Shown in pieces: positions 26,691 through 37,049 of a stretch of 64,000 nucleotides of DNA. Position 1 is the first letter of the stretch, and the number at the start of each line of letters is the position of its first letter. The position numbers and the translations under genes were made by a program. Source of the DNA: Euprymna scolopes (Eukaryota); NCBI GenBank assembly GCA_053919585.1, contig CM132783.1; one strand, written 5' to 3'. The notes under the pieces were generated by a model, which saw only the letters and a list, made by a program, of their open reading frames with translations, was not told the DNA's origin and did no database searches.

Positions 26691-26999
26691 ATTACTGTTT
26701 TAAAAATAATATATATATATACTGTTTTTGTCTCTCTATCTCTATCTGTNNNNNNNNNNNNNNNNNNNNNNNNNNNNNNNNNNNNNNNNNNNNNNNNNNN
26801 NNNNNNNNNNNNNNNNNNNNNNNNNNNNNNNNNNNNNNNNNNNNNNNNNNNNNNNNNNNNNNNNNNNNNNNNNNNNNNNNNNNNNNNNNNNNNNNNNNNN
26901 NNNNNNNNNNNNNNNNNNNNNNNNNNNNNNNNNNNGTCACACATAAAAACTATTTATTTCAATAAACATATGATGTATAGAATAAAATTAAAATAAACG

Positions 27000-27420
27000 G
27001 TCACTACATCTCACGACCCAATGTCTTCTTTGTTTGTATTGGCTGAATTTAGAGGAGGTTTAATGTTCACAGCTTAACCATAGTAATCCAGATTGTGAAG
27101 ATACCTTACAGCTGTTTTGGGACTGACACAAGCTTTTGCTGTAATGTAAGAGCTTTGCACCGAGGATCATTTTCAACATTTTTTGTTCACAAGACGCAAG
27201 GTATTTTAGAAGGCCTGGGGCAATCTCGATAAAGTTTTGTCTCGCTTTGTCCACTCTTCTGAATTTTACGATCACTATATTAACAATAGAAAGGGTATAG
27301 AGAGATGTCCTGCCATTTTCCTTTACTAAGACCAACTTTATGCTGACCCACACATCGCAAATGATAAGTCTGATGGTTCTTTGATTTTTCGTATGCTTCA
27401 ATGTTGTTAGATACAATTTT
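27000..27420 (-). pseudogene. Tc1-like transposase N-terminal (HTH) remnant
   Basis: Frame-hopping VGLSKGKWQDIS...SIVNIVIVKFRR...NVENDPRCK...SPKTAVRYLHNLDYYG...KPPL. Confidence 0.55.
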
Positions 27421-27647
27421 AATGAGATACTCTTAGATATTCCAGCACTAATCTTATCTGTCAACATAATAAGTATAGTTAACTTAATGCCTATTCTTTT
27501 TGTCATGTCTGTGNNNNNNNNNNNNNNNNNNNNNNNNNNNNNNNNNNNNNNNNNNNNNNNNNNNNNNNNNNNNNNNNNNNNNNNNNNNNNNNNNNNNNNN
27601 NNNNNNNNNNNNNNNNNNNNNNNNNNNNNNNNNNNNNNNNNTCTTAC

Positions 27648-27699
<52 letters not shown>

Positions 27700-28373
27700 C
27701 ATTATCATTCAACAATGTTACGCTGTATCACAACTCATCAGTGCGGCAAACTAGCATCCTTCCCTGGCCGATAATTAATCAACAATCATCGCGTTGATAG
27801 TCAACAGTTCACCCATGTAGAATGTACTAACTTGTGAATATGTGAAATGTGAAGAAATGTATATATTTAACAAAATAACGCTACTAAAATGTATTTTAAT
27901 TGTGTTTTTAATGAATTAAAACAGTATAAGCTTGATGTTTATATAGAAATGGTACATGAGTTACGAACACGCTTTGCTACCTTCAAAAGTTGTCTTTTTG
28001 CACATATGGTTTCTTCTTCTTTTCTAATGAAACACTTGTGCATATGTTCATATGTATACGTGTATATGTGTTTCCTCTGTATGTTTAGAGGCATTTTTAC
28101 ATTTTAATGCATGATGTACTTATTGAAGCATCATGATTATTTGATTAGTTCTTCTGCGCAGTATTTGAGTTATCAGTAACTGGTGGCTATAATATATGGG
28201 CGTTATTATTGATTTTATTCATATGATCCTTGAGTTTTATGTGTGAATTCATATGAGTTTCATTGATGTAGGTTGAGGTAGGTGTACCTCTTCCAGTTTA
28301 AGTATGTGAGTACATATATGGATCTGTGTGTGCGTGTGAATATGTTTTTCTACACACATACACACACATTCAC

Positions 28374-28410
<37 letters not shown>

Positions 28411-28489
28411 GTATTTTGTACGTATATATATATATACTTTGTATTCTGTACGCTTGTACGGTTTTACTTATGATTTGAGGAAAATTTAT

Positions 28490-29350
28490 TTATAAAGTTT
28501 TTCTTCTACTCCAGCAGATGGAAAAAAATGTTTAATCTGATATGTGAGCATAATATTAAATCTACACCTGCTGTCTATAAACACATGTTCTGGGACAAAT
28601 AATTTGATTTAATTTCAGTGCAGAACATTTCTATTTTTACAGGGTTACCAGCTTTGTCGTATATATTGCATTTTATCCTGAACTTTTTGAAGTAAATCTA
28701 AGTCTTAATTTGTTTATGTCAGTGTTGTCTTAATATCTATCTATTGTAGGTTTTGTTACAAAGTCATATCTTGTCTTAAAGAATTTTACGACTTATTTTG
28801 TTGAGTGCTGAGTTTGGATGAGGTTAAATTTATTTTACTTTTTTAGTTATTGTTAGTTTATGTTGTTTAGTTATGCATGCTGCTGAGTTTGTTGTTTGGG
28901 CAAAGGTATCTTCTTTAAACTGAGAACAAGTATGGATTATTTTTTATGTGTGTATAGACGTGTGCTTAGATTTGTCTTTTGTACCTCGTTTGGAGAATTT
29001 TCTGTTTCTTTTTTTGTAGTATTATAATTCTGCTAGTTTGTTACATTTTTTATCCTCTTACCGTTAGAAGTTTTATAGTCTCTCTAGTTTGAACGTTCGC
29101 GGGACATTTTCAGTGACTGCAGGGCATTCTTTGCGTTCTAAGAGAACGAGTATAGGTTTAGACAACTTTTGGAATGATGGGTTTAAGAATGTTGTGTGTG
29201 TGGTGATTTGTAGAAGAAGAATCCTATATAATTCATTTGGATGTTTGCTAGTATATATAAGTGAAAAACTGTCTGTTAGGTTTAAATACATGTTAAGGTG
29301 TAGAGTAGAGGAGCTTCTTTCCTCCTTACTAGTATTTATCATAACCCTCC
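28490..29350 (-). pseudogene. Penelope-like element relic (RT thumb to endonuclease C-terminus)
   Basis: Decayed minus-strand peptide resembling ..LNL....Y..KPN....SNHP and a C-terminal C..E..I...LN....H pattern; many stops. Confidence 0.5.
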
Positions 29351-29419
29351 TTTTAACTATTTAGCTGCCTATTAAGAAAAATAACACAGACTCGGATATC
29401 AAGCCGAATAATGAATTCT

Positions 29420-30700
29420 GGTAAATTATAGTATATAGATAAGATAAAAACAAAATAACCTAAATCCTCAGAAGTACCTTTTCATCCTAGTGTATATCGA
29501 TACTCCATGGCTGATAGGGAATAGCTTCTGGACATTGATATCAGCTTCACATTTGCGCGACATGTTTAAAAAGACCGTATCCTCTATATTATCAGACCTG
29601 GCGAAATGGTTTATTGTTGTATAGTCCGCTTCATGACCTCTGCAAATTTCAAGCAAAAACCTAACAGCCAACCGTGGTTCTCTCCGGAATGTGCCGCTGC
29701 CATTGCGCACATAACTCACTATTTCCATCGCTGACAACGTAATAGATGTACTGCGATTAAAGCCGCCTACAGGACTGCCAGCAACCACTATAAAATATTA
29801 ATGAAGATCGCAAGAACTTTCTTCTCAACCTAATTTTTTTATGGTGTGTATTCCAGCTCCGCATTATGCGATAGACATGTAAGAATAGATATGATGTTCT
29901 GGCAGTAGGTGCTCCTATATATTTTTGAATACATTTTAGTGTATTCGTAGACCTCTCTGGTGTACGATTTAATCTTAGTGACATTGATGCGCTGTTTAAT
30001 TTATTAATTGCTTGATTTGGAAAGTGTTAAATTATCTGACATTGTCACGCAGTCTGAAAGTCCAATTTAAAAAGTAGTACAGAAAGCGTATTCTACGTCT
30101 CCAAAGTACATTTGCCATATGAACTGTTAGTCCCATTTTAAGGCAATCGGTATTACTAATTAATTTTATCTGGCCGCAGTTTAGAAAAGCCTTCAATTTA
30201 TATATCTGCGGCATATCATTACCGTTAAAAATGTACCGAGACCTCGCTTTTTTTTTCAATTTGGGTGCATGTTTTTCTGTAGGGAGTAACATTTTCGAAG
30301 CGTGTACATTATTGTTTTGCTCCTTTTTGCAAAAGATGTAGTTTGCAAGCTCCAATGTCATACGAACTAGCATCACAGGCGACAATGGTATCTTATTGAG
30401 GTTTAAAGTGAGTCCGAAATATTTATGTTAATGTAGTCTTTTTCTAAAGGTTAATTAAAACTCAGTTCTCTAACTCCAATGTAATAAGTAACTCATTCCA
30501 AACGCCCGTAATGTATGCATGTTTTAGGAATACTTGATCGCCCTTAGAGGCCCTTGGCGCAGTTGATAGAGACGTTAAATCTCTACGGTTCCAGATGAAA
30601 ATTGTCCGAAGATAGCGGTTTCAGTCCTACCCAAAGCTGGACAGACGCTTACTTAGCAAGATCGTGGTGAGACAATGACAAAGGAAGGCAGTAATTGAAA
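29420..30700 (-). pseudogene. Decayed Gypsy gag-pol relic
   Basis: ADYTTINHFARSDNIEDTV resembles the Gypsy RT motif IDYS.TIN.FT..D...I.D; flanking sequence is only weakly gag/protease-like. Confidence 0.35.
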
Positions 30701-31547
30701 GGGATACAGTTAGGAGATTCAGAGTTCCTATAGCGTCGCACTTACCACCTGACGCAGGCTACAGTAATAGTTGCTAGAGTAATAGTTGGCCGACACGTCG
30801 TGAAACAAATAAGAAAGATAAGTATAATAGTCCGCAATAAATAAAATTATGTCATTAGTAATCTTTCTAGAATAGATGCATATTTAAACTGATTCTAGAG
30901 TGATGATTGAGATGCAGTACTAAAATATAGAGTAGTATTATCACCATGGATGGTCAGTTTTTGATGCCAGGAACTACTAAAAATTAAGATGAGAGGGACA
31001 GAAGACATTATAACGTATTGATGACATTAATCCTCATTCACAACAAGTATGGCCAAATGAGATACTAGCAGGAATAAACAAGCCAACCTAAGTGTTGTTC
31101 TAAACACACATATTGCAGAAAAACTAAACTTGGGTTGGTATCTTGAACAGATATCCTACAGACGCAGTCAAATATTATATGGACATATATATTTGTTAGC
31201 CAATACTAACCTGCAAACGAACAACATATATTTAGTATTGGCTACATATAAAAATAGGAATCGAAAGTGATATATGAATATTCAGTATTCATTTGGTGAT
31301 CCTGGTCCAACTTCTTGCGAATGTAATGTTAGTAATCATTACACAAACTTTATGTTTATTGCAAATGATATTTAAATCGCCGGAAATTATTTTTAATGCC
31401 GGTTTAAAGGTAAAACTATCTCACATCACGCCTCGTTCGATTTTGTATATATATATATATAGGATTGGAATAAATTAACTTTTCTTGCGAATAAAATGTA
31501 AGTATTTAGAGTATAGTCTTTTCATTATATTCACCGCCTCATATAAT

Positions 31548-31632
<85 letters not shown>

Positions 31633-31905
31633 TCGTTATTTGGAAATAGTTTTCTTATTTTGAAGTGTGTTTCTGAACAATGATAAAAAAGGTTTTTATT
31701 GCAACTCGTAATGTCTTTCATTTTGTGATAAAATATCTGAATATCATGGCTGTAATCACTTCGTTTATTTTCTGTCTGCCTTAATTGATATTTTACGAGT
31801 TTTTTTTTTTTCGTACAGGGAACGAAAAGACATCTACATTAATAATTTACCAATGTCACTCTAATTAAGATATAAATAAATCAATTGATACTAGTTTGCT
31901 AGTAC

Positions 31906-31965
31906 TATTGACCAGAATGCCTCATTTGGGGAACTGGTTTCCCAAATGAGGCATTCTGGTCAATA
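31906..31965. repeat. Perfect 25-bp inverted repeat with a 10-nt loop
   Basis: TATTGACCAGAATGCCTCATTTGGG-gaactggttt-CCCAAATGAGGCATTCTGGTCAATA. Confidence 0.97.
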
Positions 31966-32134
31966 ACAAAAATAAAAATTGTATCAGTAATGAAGGAGTT
32001 CTCCCCCATTAACCAAAACCAAAAAAGGAGGGATTTAAATCACTGGAATGCTGAAATTGATACTACACTCAGAAATTCATGTTGAAGCAATGTTTGCCTA
32101 ATCCCTAACAGTGTTAATGTCTTTATGTATTACT

Positions 32135-32840
32135 TTCGAAAAGCTTCTGAAACAGTTTATTATTTTAACATTACTTTATTTCAAGTATATTTTAAGCAGT
32201 TGGTTACGGGATATGAAGTCAGTCCCGGAAATTACTCAAACCGTTAACGATTTAAACATTACATAATTTAATATATATTTTTTACAGTGGAGTGGCTATA
32301 TTAAATCAGTCCCGAAAATGGGTGAAACCATTTACGCATTACACATTACGTTATTTAATGTATATTTTTTTACATTGAGGTGGGAAATATGACGTCGGAT
32401 CCGGAAATGGCTGCAACCATTTACGTTTTGGACATTACTTTTTTAATGTATATTTTTAACAGTAGGATGGGATATAAGAAGTCGGTCCCGGAAATGGCTG
32501 ACAAAGTTTACGATTTATACATTTCTTTATTTCATGTATATTTACAACAGTGAGTTGGGGTTTATAAGTCAGTTGCAGAAATGGCCGTAAAAGTTTACTA
32601 TTTAGACATTACATTATTTCATGTATATTTTTAACAGTGGGTTTGAGACATAAAGTCGGTCCCGGAAATGGCTGAAACAGTTTACTACTAATACATTACA
32701 TTATTTTATGTATATTTTAGCAATAGGTTGGGGATATAAAGTCAGTCCCAGAAATGGCTGAAACAGTTTACGATTAAAACATACTTTATTTAATGTATAT
32801 TTTCAACAGTGGGGTGGCGGATATGAAGTCAGTCCCGGAT
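32135..32840 (+). repeat. Tandem array, ~87-bp unit, ~8 diverged copies
   Basis: Motif GTC(A/G)GTCCCGGAAATGGCTG recurs at ~32221, 32307, 32397, 32484, 32571, 32658, 32744 and 32831. Confidence 0.92.
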
Positions 32841-33030
32841 TGAATGAGATGTGAATATATAAACTATCAGAAAACGTCGCCCAGTATTGAATTAGATAGG
32901 TGGAAAACATATAGTAGCAAAATACCCAGCGCCGACCGGGATCGAATGAGATAGGTGACTGATATATATTATCAGAATATGCGGTATCACCCGGGATTGG
33001 ATAAGATAGGTGAAACATATACTATGAGCA
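32834..33030 (+). repeat. Tandem array, ~55-bp unit, ~4 copies
   Basis: GGATTGAATGAGATAGGTG-like motif at ~32837, 32885, 32939 and 32994. Confidence 0.75.
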
Positions 33031-34430
33031 TATCCAGAATTGATGGATTTGTTTGTAATTAAAGAACGACCCCAGGCAATATATCAAAGTTATTATTTAA
33101 GTAAAGGGAAGCGACATAGTGGGTTACAGTTACGAAAATTATTGCCAAAATTAGTAACATATCCAAGAATTATGAAAAATGATGAAATGTGAGTTACTTG
33201 ATTGGTGTGTTTGTAATGATATAATAAGCCCAGACAATATATCAAATATATTATATAAATAGGAGGGAGAGGCGTAATGTGGGGTTTTAATTATAAAAAT
33301 TATTGTCGAAATTAGTAACATATCCAGGATTATGAACAACGATTAAATGTGAGTTAATCGATTGTGTGTTTATTATAAAATAATCAGCCCAGGAAATATA
33401 CCAAAGTAGTTATGTTAGAAAGAGAGGGCGATAAGGATGGTTTAAATTATGCAAAAAATAATTGTCGAAATTCGGAACATATCCAAGAATTATAAAAACA
33501 TGTAATATATTATTTAATGCATTAGTGTGCTTGCAATGAAATAAGCATAATAGACAATGCATCAAAGTTATTATTTTAGTAAGTGGGGCGATGTTGTGTG
33601 TTAAAATGATCAAAAATGATTGTTAACATTATTAACATATCCAAGAATTATGAAAAATGAAACAAAATGTGAGTTAATTAATCGGGGTGTTTGAAATGAA
33701 ATAATCATCCTAGATAAAATATCAAAGTTATTATTTTAGTAGTGGGGGCTTGATAATGTAGGTTAAAATATTAAAAATCATTGCTGATATTAGTAACATA
33801 TCCAAGAATTACGAAAAATGATTAAGTGTGAGTTAATTGATAGTTGTGTTTTTATGAAATAATCAGCCCAGAAAATATATCAAAGTATTTTTTAGTAAGA
33901 GGGGGCGACGAGAATGGTTTAAATTATTAAAAAGTATTGTCGAAATTACTAACATATCCAAGAATTACGAAAAATGACGAAATGTTATTTAATTGATTGG
34001 TGTGTTTATAATAAAATAATCAGCCCAGACAATATATCAAAGTTATTATATAAGTAAAGGGAAAAGAGATAAGGAGGGATTAAAGTATGAAAAATTATTG
34101 TCAAAATTAGTGACATATCCAGGAATTACGAACAAATGATGAAATATTAGATAATTGATTGGTGTGTTTGAAAGGAAATAATCAGCCTAGACAATATATC
34201 AAAGTTACTTAAAGAGGGACTGGAGAAAATGTGGGTTAAAATGATGAAAAACGATTGTCGAAATAAGTAACATATCCATGAATTATGAAAAATGATTAAA
34301 TGTGATTGTATGCATTAGTATGTTTGTAATAAAATAATAAGTCCAAACAATATTTCAAAGTAATTATTTTATTAAGGAGGGCCGATAATGTGGGTATAAA
34401 TTATAAAAAATGTGTGTCGAAATTAGTACG
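33030..34430 (+). repeat. Tandem array, ~159-bp unit, ~9 copies
   Basis: CATATCCAAGAATTA-like motif recurs at ~33158, 33320, 33478, 33637, 33796, 33953, 34113 and 34271. Confidence 0.93.
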
Positions 34431-35138
34431 AAATTTGCGGTACGGGTTCGAGTCTGCCTTCCTACTACCAGTTTTTTCTCAAGATAAATCTCCAAACACC
34501 CGGGCAAAGCCGGCTGAAATTCTAGTAACGAAATAAAGTAGTGGTTTTCATAAAAAACACAAGATATTTAAACAAAGAAAAAAGAAGCAAAAATAATAAA
34601 TAAGTTAATAGTCGAATATGAAAAAAATTATATTAAAATAATGGAATCGGAAATACGTCGTGTAATTATAGCTTGAAATATTTTTGACAAATTCAGTTAT
34701 ATTATGCAAATCGAATTAAATATAATTTATACCGGGTTATAAGCAATAAATGCATACAGAGAGAAGGTGTAAAGGAGAAATAGAGATAAGTAGAACATAG
34801 ATAGATAGATAGATTGAAACAATATTAGTAAATTCGGAATAAAGACAAATTAATTCTTTAGTCACCCTAATAAATAAAGGTAAGGTAGCGAGGATCAACA
34901 AGTTATCAATCACAAACTACTATTTTGAGAATGAAAACAAAATTTGAATGGAGAATTTAAAAAAAAATTGTAAATGTCGATCAGATTCCAGGGAACAAAA
35001 CAGGTTTGCAAGTCAGCTATCATTGTAGATGATTTATCTGAAAACTGCTACAGATCATTTAAAAAATACCTTACAAATAACCCAGAATATATACTAATAA
35101 AAAAAAGTAAATGGAAGTAAGGAGAAGACAGGGCAGAA

Positions 35139-35217
<79 letters not shown>

Positions 35218-35309
35218 AAGTAACTTTCTTTTATTTTGATGGTGCCAATTGCGAGCTAACTGGTTGTTTTCGTGAGTTTTGTAATATTTCCATATTATCA
35301 TCGAAACCA

Positions 35310-35890
35310 AAAGGCGCTGCGTCCGTGGGCGAATTTTTCAAGTGAATTAATTCTATGATTTTATCATGGAAGTGTCAGGCTGGTCGTTTTTTACGTAAAT
35401 TTTTAAATATTTTCCCCTTTTTCCGAAACCGAACGGATACTGCTTCCGCGATTGCATTTTCAACTGGATTCATTCGTAGATTTTAGTTTTTATTTTGATT
35501 ATGCATCTGCAAGGTCAGTTGCCCATTTCGTGTTTTTAATGCTTTCACATTTTCGCCTATACTAAAAGGCTCTGCCTTTTCGCGCGTGCATTTTCATATG
35601 AATTTATTCGTAGATTTTATTTTTTTTGATAATGCAACTGCGAGATGAGTCGTTACATTCGTGAATATTAACGTATTTTAATATTGTCGCCGATACCCAA
35701 AAGCACTGCATCCGCGCGTGTATTTTCATATCGATCCGTTCGATGATTTTATTTATATTGTTATGCTGCAACAAAAAGTCAGTCGTTATTGTCACGAATT
35801 CTGAGAGATCAGATTTTTACTGATACCTTAAGGGCGCTGCCTAAACAAGGGCATTTTCACTAGACTCACTCAAGGATTATATTTTCGGGT
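35310..35890 (+). repeat. Degenerate tandem array, ~130-bp unit, ~5 copies
   Basis: GC.CTGC...CGCG.G.GCATTTTCA....ATTC..TCG..GATT-like motif at ~35313, 35438, 35568, 35702 and 35833. Confidence 0.65.
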
Positions 35891-37049
35891 ACTACGCAAG
35901 GAAGTGCTTATTTTTTTGTCTTTATATTTGTTTACAATAACGGCTGTTGCATTTGCTTGATTCATTGTGCAGAAATATGGATTTTTTCTTTTATATCTAT
36001 TGAAAAAGGTCTTAATGTTTTAAAAAAAAACACAACAAATTACAACAAAAAAAGCAAACTTCCACCTATTATTCGGAAATGCATTTAATTGAATGTCTCT
36101 ACGTTTTTTGTTCTTTAGAGAGGCGTCATTCTTGTCAAAGAAAAAAGCAACAAGAACGCGAAAGTATATATTTGTTTTAAATATTGATAGTAGCATTCTC
36201 ATCGCTCATTCTGAGTAAAACAATAAACGGCAAGTAATTATATCTCAGTAGAAAGCAGTATTGTATTTTACATAACAATATATGTGCATGTACGTATTTA
36301 ATATATATCAGGCGCAGATCAAAGAGTTAATGTTATGTCTGTTCCCGAAACTTCTGGGGGGTCTGAGTCTAAAGTCATGACACCCGCAACCTACAAGTAT
36401 TATGGATATGCTCTTCTATGCAGTTAACCAGCAAAACAGACCATGCGTCTGAACGGTGTCGAGCGGCTATCTCGTGGCCATAGCCACTACATCTGATTAG
36501 GAACTAACAACAAGCTATGGCCTATACTTATTATTCGGACTCTTTGGTGATCGATTGATTAATATCCCAGTCAGTGTACTGTGTCATCATGAATAAATAT
36601 TTATGATATATGTAACATTCCGTTTTCTTTGTCCAAATCCATCATGCGTCTGTTCAGTATCTGGTGGCTAGTTGTCGCTTGACCTCTGTGACTGCCATCG
36701 CTTTTGTGAGAAAGACAAATCAAGAAAATCTGCAGAAGATACAATTATAAGTTATGTTACACATTTTTTCTTTTGATCCTGACTACGGATGTATAACTTC
36801 ACACGTTTGCAAATAAGCAGATTAAAGTTTACGTTTACGTTCCCCTTACTTTAGAGGAAGATAAACTAGGTAAGGTTAGGCGTTTTATGACTAAGTAGCG
36901 CTTTTAATGGGATAGTACCGTGCACTTAGATAATGGGACGAGTCTAGAAAAAGGTGACCTAAAATCGTATGTTCCTCCTTTCGTCGGGCGGCTATATGCG
37001 GCTTACGGTGGTTTATTTCTCAAAGGGAAACTAAAATAAAGAGTAATGA

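Larger units (their letters stand above)
26068..26706 (-). mobile_element. tRNA-headed, hammerhead-containing short element (retrozyme/SINE-like): ~1.5 tandem copies plus an inverted partial copy
   Basis: 26071-26200 repeats at 26381-26510 (period ~310 bp); 26600-26706 is an inverted copy of ~26203-26310. Carries A/B boxes and hammerhead motifs listed below. Confidence 0.8.
31833..34525 (+). mobile_element. Non-autonomous Helitron carrying three tandem-repeat arrays
   Basis: Tentative 5' end A|TCTACATTAATAA at 31833. 3' end CCCGGGCAAAGCCGG hairpin plus CTAG|T at 34522-34525, nearly identical to the end of 52999-53401. Confidence 0.7.

Noticed and set aside
32135-34430. CRISPR-like repeat-spacer array
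   Set aside because: Whole units are homologous with no unique spacers, the context is eukaryotic, and there are no cas genes; these are satellites.
34430-34470. tRNA fragment (GGTTCGAGTC...CCA)
   Set aside because: B-box-like motif only; no A box or cloverleaf.
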